This document shows, one piece after another, positions 12,977 through 25,936 of a DNA stretch of 64,000 nucleotides. The stretch lies in NCBI GenBank assembly GCA_045837725.1, contig JBEWZL010000157.1, forward strand, positions 1 through 64,000. The letters run 5' to 3'. The position numbers and the translations under genes were made by a program. The notes under the pieces are model-generated. The model saw only the letters and a program-made list of their open reading frames with translations, did no database searches and was not told where the DNA came from. Source of the stretch: Vermamoeba vermiformis (taxonomy: Eukaryota). Positions within the stretch are counted from its first letter, which is position 1, and each line of letters opens with the position of its first letter.

Positions 12977-15900
12977 ATGGAAAAGTTTATTCATTCAATA
13001 GCGATTGCAGGTAAAACGGATAATTCAACTACGCCTCGTCTTTATTGGTTCAGTAAAGACTCGCAAAAATGAAAATAGTACTAAAGTATAATATTCAGAG
13101 TTTGATGTCGATAAGGGATGTACTCTTGCGGAAAGCTATCCTGAATCTGTCAAATTTGAAGATCCTGATGATTTAGCGCACCTGTAAGTTTTAAAACCGC
13201 AAATTATTATACATCGCATCAAAATATTTACTATGAGCGATAATTACTAGCGATACGCTTTTCTGTGGTGGTTGCTCAATTATTAAATCAAAACGTAAAA
13301 TCATTTATTTCCGATTGAATAAGAAATCTTATAATTAAATATTATTAGTGCATTTCCCGATGGCGCGCATAATTATCATGAGGACTGGACGTATTTCGTT
13401 TATCGGAAAGGTTTCACGAACGCGACTCAAGCGCAATCACCTAGATCCGAGTCAAGTTCCGCTTCAACTGCATCAAATCCCCCTAAAAGACGCGCTACTA
13501 TTTTAAAGGTAATTATTTATTCATTATTATCTAATTTTCTCATTTTTGTTTAAATTCTCAGGCCTCAATGGTTTCTGAATATCGTGTGGAAGACGGAGTA
13601 TTTTACGGCGTCGCTCAATATAGGTAAGAATTGATTGATACATAGATGTTAATATTAAACTAACGTTATTTACATCATATGTCACCGTATTTAGTTGCGA
13701 CTATTTTTAACTGTTTCCAAATTTAGGCAAGAAATGAATGAAGCGAACAAGCGTGGCTATAAACAAGTAGCCTTATTCATATTAACGCCTTATCCGCATC
13801 GATTACCTTTATTACAACATATCTTGCAGCATACATTTGAAAAACAACCAAAATGTTTATTCGGATACGATAATCCATATTCAACTCCGCAACAAATGAC
13901 AGATCCAGCATTGAAAATTGAATCAACGGCAATTAATAGTATCACAAATGGACATAGTATCACTATTGACCCCGAAACTAAGCCGGAAGAAACAATTCAG
14001 ATCTACGCGCTCAGCCAACGATTAATGATGCTAGAGTATTTATATGGCGTGCTTAACAGCTCATTTGTCTCTCTATACAAAAATGCACGTATAATCAGCG
14101 CAGACGACTATAATACTGATTTAATTTCTAATAATATGATTTATTTTTAGAGGTTGAGCAATGTCGATTTTACTCTTTGGCAAAAAGAATTCTCGCTCAA
14201 ATTAATCTCCGCTGAATCTGAAGAAGAACGTTATGAGACTCTCAGCTTAATTAATCTCGTCAAAAAGTTTGGCAAGAAAGTCATGTTCATTTGGTACGAC
14301 ACCGAAACTTTATACTTGTTGAACCATACATTAATTTTATATGTTTAGGTACTCGTTAATGCTCGAACAAAGGGTGTTGGTCATGTCGGACAAAGGTTCT
14401 GAAGCAAGTTCCATGTGCTTGTCGTGTGCGGTACTCTTGCGACCGTGCCATTACGGCCTTTACAGCCAGACTATGCCTCACGTCTCCTTGTAAGTTGACA
14501 TTGAGATGAACTCTACCCGGGACCTACTAACGCTGCGTAACATAGGCACCAAATCGACGATGTTGTTACCGAGTTACATCGGCCTGAAGTGAAGGATGAA
14601 AAGAAAGATGACAAAGCTAATGGCGCGAGCGAAGGCCTAGAGTTCACTAAGAAGCCTTATTTAGTTGGTTCTACAAATCCCTTGTTTGCTACTAGGACAG
14701 GTACGATTTTAACTTTGACACGTGTCAAGATGTCAAAACTAATATATCGTTTTTGCAGATCTGTTCGATACTGTCGCTTCAATAATGAGTAAAACCCTTA
14801 ATAAGCCCGAGGACAAGTATTTCTTTCGAAGGCCGAAGGCTATGAAGCTCAGTCACAAAGACAAAGCCTTCATTAAATCTGTTATCAAAGGTGTCGAGGA
14901 CAATCAAAATGAAGCTTGGTAAGAGACCGAATATATATCATAAATAGCACCTAATTTGCGTATAGGGTGAGAGAACAGTTCAAAAAGTTCACGTCAGATT
15001 TTTTGAACAAGTTTGAAGGAGGTACTTTAGGCAAGAGAAAACGCGTCTTGTTCGACAAGTTTGGCTCATCTTATTTGTATAAAAAGTAAGTAACAGCCCT
15101 TTATATGATAATATAATGGAGCTAATGTCATCTGATAGATACCGCGAGGCGTACAAGAACCGCGTAGGCAGCTCATTGGACCTAAAGTTGAGTCGACGGC
15201 CTTCACTCCAAGAACTCGCGTCAAAGAATATTATCAGCGAGACCATTCCCGAAGGCAAGTAGAATAATTAACCGTGCTGAGTTACTAACTGGTGAATAGA
15301 CAAAGAGACGCAAAAGAAGAAAAAAGTCATCGTTAAAAACTTTGACAAGGCACTCAAACAGATTAAACAAAACTTGGAAGCCGAGAAAAAAGAAGAATCT
15401 AAACAGACTAAGACCTCACCGCGCGATGAAACGAAACTATCACCGCGACAGCAACAAGAGTCAAGTTACATCGAACATCATCCAAATCCTTTTGACAAGA
15501 AGGCTTTCGCGGAGAAAAAACCCGAGACTCCAACTTCTCCGAGCACAGGATCTACTTTGAAGCCTGAAAGTGCTCGCAGCGGTCAAGTCACACCAAAGTC
15601 TAGCGGTCAGGTGACGCCCAGATCCATCACGAGTGAGGATGAGGAGCCAGAGTACATGGCGTTGCCTGAAGAAGAAGGCAGTGACGAAGACGAGGACGAT
15701 GCAAATCCCGAGAAGAAAGATCGAAAGAAGCACTTTAAAGGGCTCAAAAAGTACCTCAAGGCCATAGCTCACAAGAAGACCCCGCGCAAAGACAAGGACA
15801 GCAGTGACAGCGTGCCACAGACTCCGCACACGCCACAGGCCCCGCCTAGTACTGAATCGCAGGACTCAACGGCTGGTAGTGACACAACGAGTCCCGACAA

Positions 15901-16429
15901 CCCTCCGAAATGGATCGAGGCCAAGTCGGCTTGGGCGAAGAAGACAGCGAAAAGTACAGCCGAAATTAAGCGACCAGCGCAGCGTCCTGGACACAAGAAG
16001 CAGACTTCAGCTGATTTTGATCGGGTAGACTTGTTAATAACCCCTGCAGCCCTCACAGCAATTCCTAGTAGTTCTGCGGTAGCTTCGAAAGACGCGCAGT
16101 TGAAGAAGTTGTCGCCAAGACCTAAAGACGAAACAGCTGAAAATAATCATAAGAAACGAAGGGCGGGCAAGTCTCATACGCGCAGCAAGTCAGTGCAGAT
16201 CGGCGGCGAGAAAGACAACGACTTTTTGGCGGGCTCATCTGGAGAGTTTCAACGGCTGAAAGACGACAAAGAGCCTTCAAGCGATATGTCCTCGTCGTCT
16301 AGCAAGGCAGAATCGCCGAACAAACAAGGCACGAAGAGACTGAGCTGGAATCATGCGGAGCCGAACATTGTTGTAACGAATCCGTTCCTGCAGACCCAAT
16401 CTTCGACAAAACGAGACCAACATTCTTAA
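12977..16429 (+). CDS. uDENN/DENN-fold (Afi1/MesA/AVL9-like) protein with RPEL-like motif and long Ser/Lys-rich tail
   Basis: N-terminus IAIAEFDVDKGCTLAESYP..AFPDGAHNYHEDWTYF; later WYSLMLEQRVLVMS and YLVGSTNPLF; multi-exon; tail is ORF 15374-16429. Confidence 0.75.
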
Positions 16430-16512
16430 CGAAGAGCTCATCTATTTAATTTATTATTTGTAAATAATTTAACTTATTTATTGCCAAGGGCATTGCATTG
16501 TTAAATAAATAA

Positions 16513-17231
16513 TTACCTCACCAGCATCTGCTTCGCCAATGTAAGAACATGACTGTAATTAACAAGATCAGAGCGTGCAATGGTATATTCACGCCAAACC
16601 TTGCGAATGATGACGGCAGCACCACGTGCTTTCATGTTTTGTTTTCTCGTCAACTTTTCTTTACGTTAGTAACACGCACCAGAAATATAGTACCTTCGAA
16701 CTATACCGTCATAACTTTGGATTATAACACACTATATTGTGTTGTTACAATTTCGGGAGGAGGCTTGAAAATTATGCTGTGCAGATCTAACAGAAATATT
16801 CGCGAGAAATATTATTTAAAAAAATCTGTAATATTTATTTTACCATCTAACAACATTTATCATATCATTCCTTATTCGTCAGAAGCAATATTCTATGCAG
16901 AAATATTTGTTGTTGACTTTTACGTACGTCGCAATAATAATGGTGTAGAAAAAGAGGCTGGTAAGTCATATTAATACAAGGTTTATAATATTTAATATAT
17001 CAACTGGTACTTATCAATGTTAATTAAATTTTTTGTGCACAAGGATCTTTCGTTCCGCAGATGTGTCGCGAAAAGAACTATTACGGCACTTATACAAGCA
17101 ACATTATCGTTGGTGTGTTTATGTAGTTGCCTTAATTATAATACCACCTACAACATAGAATGTCATTCGAATTTGGCGCCAATTGCCATTTTTGCAAGCA
17201 CGATCGACCAACATTCGTAGTGAAGCTCCAT
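16513..17231 (-). pseudogene. Possible degraded multi-exon gene remnant
   Basis: GT/AG-bounded exon-like blocks on the minus strand; the last reads KKLTRKQNMKARGAAVIIRKVWREYTIAR (IQ-motif-like); no stop-free spliced frame could be built. Confidence 0.2.
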
Positions 17232-17564
17232 CACAGGTATTATTATTTATATATGCGATACTACTATTAATACAATTTGATGCACGGCGAATTGAAATTA
17301 TAATTGAATTCAATCGCTGTGTAATTTAAACGCTGTGTAATTGAAAACACCATGTGTCACGCACTTACCTGATCCTTTAATAGGTTGAAGGTCTCTCACT
17401 AATTGGTTGTATAATAATAATACTAAAGTTAGAGCTATCAAAGAATGCAAAACAAACCGATTCTTTCGTTGGTCCGCAGACTTTTTTGGTACTTTTCCAT
17501 GTTTTCACACGCTAGCGAACAATGCGGAGGCATTTAACGCCAATTAGCCAACAGTAGACCACAA

Positions 17565-20500
17565 ATGAGTGACTTAGCAGTACTTAACCGAGATATAGGC
17601 ACTCAAGCTGTGCCTTCATTGTTTCAGCAGACGTTGTCCTACATCTCGCAACTTAAGCAATGGACATTTGTCCAAGACGTGCCTGAAACAGCGGTGCCTG
17701 AACTATTGTCAATGTTAAAGTATACAGGTTCGTACAATATCATTGAGTAATGGAGAGAAGTAGTTTTGATCTGATATTTTTTTCAGATTTCGATTTGGAT
17801 CAGCTACCGAATGTGTTGCCAGCTTCATTACAACAATTGGATTTGACAGGATTCCACTACTTTGGAGGAGTCTACGCTATTAGCGATCATTAAAAAGGTA
17901 AAGAATTAATTTTTCTTGCAACGCCGTATTTTCTATTCTACGATAATAGTCAGCTGATTTATCCTCATTTAAAATTGATATATTGCTCAATATAGAAGTA
18001 TAAAGTCAAACTATAAAATCGATTCTTTACGAGGTAAATTTCATTCTGATCTCCGTTATTTAGTGCTTTTCTTTACGGGTACTCATTCTGAAGGACATGC
18101 CTCTGCTGAATGATAGTACGCTGTCCAAAATATTATGGTAAGAATTAATGCGGCAATTTCGATTTTCTAATTCGTTTTATTTTAGGTACTTGCGGGATCT
18201 GGAATATTTGAGCTTAGGCGCTGGAATAGGCTCGTTATCGATCCTCGAAATGGAAAATACACCTAATAAATTGAAGTATCTTGAAATCAACTCTGCTGCT
18301 ATGGACGGCATGTGGCTCGAACATTTACGTTACTTTCCACATCTAATGTAAGTCCAACTGGATCCGATATTTTTATTTCATATTTCTAATTTATATGTAG
18401 CTCGTTAAAGCTCAGAAATGTAGCGCTTCCGAAGGTCCGATCAGCTCCTTTCAAATTGCCTCCCAACCTGGCCGTTGTTGACATTTCTGTCGCAAATCAA
18501 GAGAGCCAAGTCAGCACCGTCAATTTATTCAAATTCTTTTTGATGGAAGCTCCTAATTTGCGAACATTTGTTTACGGCGGACAGAGTTTAATTGTAGATG
18601 GGATAGGGCCCATAGTGTAAGTACAAAAGAAACAGAAAAATCACCGACCTCAATCTTCCTACAGTACTAATTGATGTTTTGCAGTGCTAAGAACTTGCGT
18701 TTGCTGCGAGGAAATGGCTGTATCAAAGTGTTACAAACCGTGGCTGATGTCATTAGTGACACGTGTCAACAATTAGAAGAAGTGTCTGGCTTGAATTTGT
18801 TCGTGACTGCCGCCAACGACGTGCCTTTCGGTCAGGTCCTTATACCCTGCCGGCGGAGCTTCCGTGTGCTTCACTTACACGCGCAAAAAGTTGAATCACG
18901 ATTACAGCGGAATAACTTCAGAAACTGCTTGGAAAGAGGGTCCTACGAAGTTCAACGCACCATGGTTAGCAAGTTATGTCCTCCCAATCGACCCTTGCCC
19001 GACATTGAGAACTTTAGAATTGACCGACGGAACTGTGGACGTTGTTGAGATGCTTCAACTTTTTCCTAATTTGGAAGTCTTACTATTGAACGGAGTAACC
19101 CTCAAACTGCAAAAACAACTTCCAGTGGCCGGCCATGCATTGGGATCTAAGCTGAAGATATTAGATTTGCGTTGCAAGGAAGTGCCCGCTGGTGCAATTG
19201 ACCTACTCTCAACATCATCGTCACTCAAACGCGTCAAACTGTACTTAAATTTGATTCCAGAGTTCAACGGGCAGCCAATACACCTCGATCACGTGCTCAG
19301 GAAATTTCCGTGTGTGAAACGTTTGACACTTTCTGGGCACTCAGCGGCGGCAATTACAATCACTAATGATGGCAACACTAAGGCTGTCAAAGCTATGACA
19401 TATCATCCGTTGAAAGAGCTCGTAATCAAAGGCAGTTCCGATCTAGAATATGTTCTCATCAGAACCGCGCTTAGTCTCCATAATCTGGATTTCAATCGGT
19501 ACAAGCAACTTCAAGTCCTAACACTAGACAACGTGTACATTGGCACAAACGTGACTTTACACAGCCGTTTGCGCGTATTGTGCGTGCTTGGCTTGCTCAG
19601 CATGTATTCAAAATTCTCGTTCTCTGAAACGTTGTACCATCTGACGTGGCATTCACGGTACTTGCACGATCAACTCTTGAAGGCAGTGCCCAACATGAAG
19701 AGCCTTTGTTCCGCGGACCTCTCTGCGTACTTGCGAGAACAAGCCGAAAAAATATTAGGAAGAGGTAAGTTTCGCTGGTTATAAAACTAAGCTTGATATA
19801 AAAATAATTCGATATTATTTCTAGCGGTGCCGCTCATCAATTCGAAGTTGAAATATCTTTTGCCGCCGCAAAAGGATGAAGTTGGTAAAACAAACTTGCT
19901 CAATGGATTCGCTGGAACAAATGACGATGTGGCTCTCTTGAGAGCGAAGTTGAATGAAAGCGGATCCAACTTGACCATTCGAGAGTTGCAATTGTAAGTA
20001 GACTAAAGCATCATATATAGCCCTTACGAATATTTCTTACAGGATCGCTGAGATGTATGGCAAACAAGAGATTAGCATTCGCTCAACGGAAGAGCTCGTG
20101 CATGTCAAGATTAGGTAGAGTGACACGTGTCAAAATGTCATAATATGTCACTCGCCAAACTTGAGCTAACGAATGATTCAGGTTGGTTTCTGGCGCAACG
20201 TTGCCCATTATTTGCAACCCAAGTCATCGTGTGCTTGATCTTTACGCTTATGCAAGACAGTAAGTATTGCTGCCAATTTAAACGACATGTACTAATTTGG
20301 TAATAACGAAGTGCTGTCAAACTCGATGACAAAGCCTTTGACTTGTTAGCGCCATCAAAGAGCGTACTTGATCTGAGTACCTATGACAAGACAGTGCAAG
20401 AAATGGATCTCGCTAACACGACGCTGATTCAACGACTTCGTGACTTCACGCCTGTTGAGAACGAACTGCGCAAATTCAGTTGGGCCAATATAAAGTTGTT

Positions 20501-21221
20501 AGATATTGGTAAGAATAGGACTACCAGCCAGTCGAACTACCATTGCCAATCGCTTCGGCCATCGAGTGCTGTCAACGTCAATGATGCACTACAACACCCC
20601 GTCACACGACGATGACGTTTCGATGTCTGAAAGTGTAGTGTCCGGTGAAAGCGAGTCAGAAAGTGAGCGCTCGGGAGATTCCGATGATGAAGAGGAGGAT
20701 AGCATGCTAATAAGCGATGACGATGACTTTGGTTGGGTAAGTTATTACGACTTAAATATGATTTTTTTTCTTAATTTTTTTTTTGTCTGGTTTAGGAGCC
20801 CGAAAAACCATTGCAAACCGACGATAAGAGACATATTATGGATCAATTAAAAGCTGCAAACATGCGCAAGTCACGCGAATACCACGAGCAAAAAGAACGT
20901 GAAGAGCGTGAAGCGGCTTTAAAAAAGCATGAAACCCAGCAAGAAAAAACCAGCGGGAGATCGCAACGAGATTTTGTATCGCAAAGAACGCCGCAGAGAA
21001 GAGTAGCTGAGCAGCGAGTTGGTTCAAATCCAACCGTGCGTAGATCTGCTTTTCAACCGTTCAATCCTTCCACTCAAAGCTATAACCAACCTCTTCCGCA
21101 TGCAATGAATTGGGAGAAAGACCGTGCTGTTAATAACGGAGTGATGGATGACGAGCAGATCGCAGAAATGTTGCAACAAGACGAGTACTTGCGTGGCGAT
21201 GATTTCGTGCCTTATTTGTGA
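17565..21221 (+). CDS. BC-box-like / LRR / UBX / MIU protein, copy A (apparent +1 C at 18845-18847)
   Basis: LRR segments LRDLEYLSL, FPNLEVLLL, LQVLTLDNV; spliced UBX-like VKIRLVSGATLPIICNPSHRVLDLYAYARH..FDLLAPSKSVLD..KTVQEMDLANTTLIQRL; C-terminal DDEQIAEMLQQDEYL; paralog at 35809-39517. Confidence 0.75.
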
Positions 21222-21392
21222 ATAAATTGTTAATAGTTTTCGAAATTAATCTTTTACTATTACCAAATAGTATCACTCTTCCGCTTGAGAACAACTTGAG
21301 ATTAGAAACGAGCGAATTTTTTTTCTTGTTTGTTACCAACAACATTTCTTACTTACGGCTATTTTTTAGTAGAAATTTAACACGCGACCAGA

Positions 21393-24300
21393 ATGGAGAT
21401 CAATAATAACTATTTGGACATTACAGAAGTGCTATTCTCCTTATTTGGAGTTCTGGATCCGCGCAGTCTTGGTTCGTGATGATACTTCGTATTAAATAAC
21501 AACATTAATAATATTTTATTAGATCGATATAGCACCGTTTGCAAGCGATGGAATCAAATGAGCAAAGATCAAGAGTTGTGGCGTCAGTTTTGTATAAAAA
21601 AATGGAAAAATCTTCCTAAGGATTCTGACTGCGCAAAAAATTGGATAATTCCTTCAGAAGGTAATCACAAAATTAGGGAATTAATTATGATTTTTTTGAC
21701 GTGATTAAATCCGGATCAGGTAAAGAAAAGAAGCGAATAGATTGGAGACGAGTATATATTTTACGGTATGCAAATTATTATTTGAGATTAGCATGTAAAT
21801 GGATTTACCTTTTCATGAAGGGATCTTTCAGATCAGATCTCGGATTACTTACGAGAAGTCATTATTGCTACAACACCGGTGCATAGAAGATCAGCATTTT
21901 TCATGAATAAGAAGAAAGTCAAAGATTTTTTCGCTAAAGGATGGATCGAAGCAAAACAATTAACTCAGTGGGAGGATCAGCTCAAAAAAATCTTATTCAA
22001 ACTAATACTCGACGAAAATAACGATTTTCCAACGGACAAATTATACAAAATGCTTCTAAGCATATTGGATTTCCATTTAGAAATGGAATTAGTGATGGTC
22101 AAGCAAGCAAAAATATCGAACACAAAACAACTCGGATTCGCAAGTTATTTCTTGCACGAATCCAAGTTTATATTTAGAGGAATTTCATCATTTTCATTAC
22201 ACGCATTATCAAAAAGGTACTATTAGCTTAATATTTTTTCGTCTCAGCTAATATTTTTTTCAATAAGACTTTTGCGATCTGCTCGTCAATACGTTGAAAG
22301 TGCTAGGGCCAATGAAATTCCTATTATACATGTTGGTGATTATTTACATGGACTATCGGGCATATTTTCATTATTAGACGCGAAACATCCGAATTTCAAC
22401 GAATCCATTCCCGATCTCGCAGAATTTATCAAACTTGTATTGCATTGCATCGATACCTGGCCAGTAGAAAACGAGTTTGTAAGTATATTACTCTTATTAA
22501 TAATATATACTAAGCCTATTAATGCTCCAGAAAGTATGGATCAGCGAAACCATCGATGAGACCCAAGAACATTTCCCGTCACCAACTTACGACCTCGAAC
22601 AATGCTTTTCTGAACTGAGCACGAGAATACGTATGATTAATTGTCAATAATATAGCATTAATAATTAATATAATTATTCAGAGTTGATTATGGCAAAGGA
22701 CTATAAATTTCTGGATAATTTATTGGAGACTTTAAGACCTCAAATCCCACGCCAGTGATGGGATTAATATGTTTCTTGGCCCCACCGTGCCGCGGACTAT
22801 TTTTAGAGCATATGGACGAATTTATGGATAAGTACGTTCAGATATTTTTTCTAGAGCGGAAAAAATTGTACTGAAATTTCGTTTTTTCTTAGATATTTCA
22901 AGCCTTATTTCAAAGTGAGCAGCGATCCCAAAGACCTCATTCCGATGTTTTACTACTATCAAAATGTCATCAATCAATTCCCAGTACGTACCATAACAGT
23001 TCTCTGTGATTAAATTACGGGTTCTTAACATTATTTGCAGGACGAATTGTGCTCTAAATACGCTGATTTATTTTTCCCGGCAATTATCACCGCAGCACGT
23101 GTCAATCATGTCAAGTAAGAGCCACGATTAAGTTGAGAAAAATTGAATTTGTACTGACAGTTTTTAAAGGGTGAATGGCTACGTATGCAGCACCATATTC
23201 AATTTCTGTCGGACGATCTCCGATCACGCAGCGTTATTGCCTTATATGGAAAGCCTTCTCGACGCGCTCTACCCGTTCCTGAAGAGCTCTAACACCGATG
23301 TGCGTGAAGGCGCTGTCTCATCAATCACTTCACTCTTGATGCGCACCAAACAAGAGTTCCACAAGGTACGTCTCGATGACTTGACACGTGTCAAAGTGTC
23401 ATTCGTGAAAAATATTGTTGACACGTGTCATCAAACTTGTCACATTTAACGATGCTAACTGCGCTTGTAGTACCAAGATCGCGTGATGCGTGAGTTCATG
23501 GAGCTTAGTCAGCGCAGCAAAAGTGACCAACAGACCGTGTTTGAAGAGTTGGGCAGATTGAGTGCAGCACTTGGAAATCAAAGCGGAGCACTGGGCACAA
23601 TGATTGAAAAGAGATTTGACGAAGTTATTGAAAATTTCAAACGAGATAGACCTGCAAATGAACAAGCCTTGTTGAACTTGGTCGGATGCGCTGCTGTCAC
23701 GCTCGGCAAAAATTTCTCAAAATATTTGACGTTAGTGATGCCGTTCATATTAGAATTAGCTACGCCTAATATACCCGATGATAATGGCGATGATATTGAA
23801 GAAATTCCTGAGGCTAATCCTGATAATGACGGTAAGATCCAGTTTTTCAATTTTCACTGAAAACTGATTTGGGCTATTTAGATGATATTATGGACGTGGA
23901 AGAAGATGAAAATAATAATGAAGATAAAGAAGATAATAATGATAACGATGAGATAGCCAATTTTGGACGAGAAGATGGCAAACGAACCGAACTGCGAGAA
24001 AAAGCACTAGAAACACTCGGATTTTTATTAGAATTGCCTCGCGAAGACATGCTGCCTTATTTCCAAGAAATTGGGGCAGCTTTATCAGTCAACCTAGAAG
24101 CTGAGCAAGATTTAGGTAAAAAAATTTCACCATCGGATCCGGACAACTTTACGAACCATTTTTTCACAGACATTTTGATGCAATGTATCAACGACTATGC
24201 CGATTATACACACTTGTTCTTCACAAAAGACGCAGATGAAGAGTTTTTGAATGGCATTCGAACATTCGCTGAACACGTGACCAACTTGTTCTCTGCTGCG

Positions 24301-25603
24301 TTGGTCAATATTGAAGATTATGACAGAAAAAATACTCTGAATATTGAAATTAGAATAGTAGAACAGTTCACTGACGTAAGTATATTAATTATATTATATA
24401 ATTTTCGGCTTCTAATTGTTTTTCTTTGCAGATATTGAACATTTTGAAAAACGCGAGCAAGACCCCATTGTTCGACCAGGAGTTCGTATCGCAAGTTATA
24501 GAATTCTTTATGCTTGTGTACACTAATTTAGCTGGCCGGGCTGATGATGATTTTCAAGCATTTAGTGACCTCGCTAATCAGGTATCGTGTCAAAGTGCAC
24601 TTTTTGACACGTGTCAAACATGCCATTTTTTGACACTTTTTTCAGGTTGTGACGTTATTTGAAGTTATTCTACGCAATGCAGTTGATAAAAAAGACGTAT
24701 TGGAAGATATGGCCGACTTTTTCGAAGAAATGATGACTACTCTGAACGAGCCCTGTGAAGCGCGTTGGACTGAGATCTGCCTCCTCGCTGAAATTATTGA
24801 AGAAGTCGGTGAACTGCCTAATCAAGAAAACATCGTAAGACCGCCATACACAACGGTTTATTAGACTCGAAATGTAATTTTTTGTTACAGATCCCGTTGC
24901 TCAGTCAATGTTTGTGGGAGTGTCGCAACATCGATTCAGACATCATACAACAAAGCGTCGCTTGTACATTTGGTAATATTACCTATTTTATATAGCATAG
25001 TATTATTCTAACCTATTTATAGGCATAATCTTCAGAAAGTTTCCAGACAACGGGTTGGCAACAAAAAAAGGTAAAAATTTAATTTGTAATTTATTCTCAG
25101 AATATTATTCTAATTTATCGAATATAGAACTCAATGATTGGCTATTGACGCTACTCAACGATGAATATAGAGCTAAGCGGCCATATGTCTACGATAACGC
25201 CCTACGTAAGCAACAAAAACGAACATCAGATCCATCCCAATACTAACTTGGTTATTTCCTTTTTTAGTAACACTCGGATTATTTGTGACGAAAGACAGTA
25301 GCCTGGATCGTATATTAACATTCGCTAAGAAGTTTCCACCCGCTCGCGATGGAGATCGACACGAGATCCCAAAAATAATTGCGATGTTGTTGGCTTTGAT
25401 CAATCAGTGCGTATTAGATGAATTTATAATAGAGAATAAGAATACTAATATTACATTTCTTAAGGCACAAAGACGTCATTTTAAAGACCGAAGAATTGCG
25501 ATCAGAAATTATTCGTGCTTTAAAAACAACATTAGCGCTGGAGAATTATAGCGATATATTGCCTATTGAACAAATTAATCAAACTTTTGCCATGTTACAA
25601 TAA
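21393..25603 (+). CDS. F-box protein fused to importin-beta-like HEAT repeats
   Basis: N-terminal F-box ITEVLFSLFGVLDPRSLDRYSTVCKRWNQMSKDQELWRQFC; HEAT-like LLPYMESLLDALYPFL..DVREGAVSSI and LGKNFSKYLTLVMPFILELA, acidic loop, then RTELREKALETLG. Confidence 0.7.
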
Positions 25604-25689
25604 TAAAATGACCTGAAAGAATTTCGCCGTAATAAATCAAAGGGATCCGGATCCCCGAAATTATAAGCGTACCAGACTATTAGGTTTAT

Positions 25690-25797
25690 TAAAAAAAAAA
25701 ATTTTTTTTTTTTTAAAATTTTTTTTTTTATTTTTTTTTTTTTTGATTTTTTTTTAAAAAAACTTTTTGTTTTATTTTTAAAAATTTTTTTTTTTAT
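25690..25797. repeat. Poly(T)/poly(A) low-complexity tract between convergent genes
   Basis: About 100 nt consisting almost only of T and A runs. Confidence 0.9.
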
Positions 25798-25936
25798 AGT
25801 AGAGTTCGGAATTATTCAACAAAATCAATCCTTATCTATCCTTAATAAATGTTGCTGTAATGTTCATAACGATTTACTTTTCATATTAGTACAAACCAAA
25901 ATGTCTTCGAGATCTGCACTTAACAACAGGAGCTAT

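Noticed and set aside
25690-25797. Retroelement poly(A) tail
   Set aside because: The upstream minus-strand gene has introns; no RT fragment or target-site duplication seen
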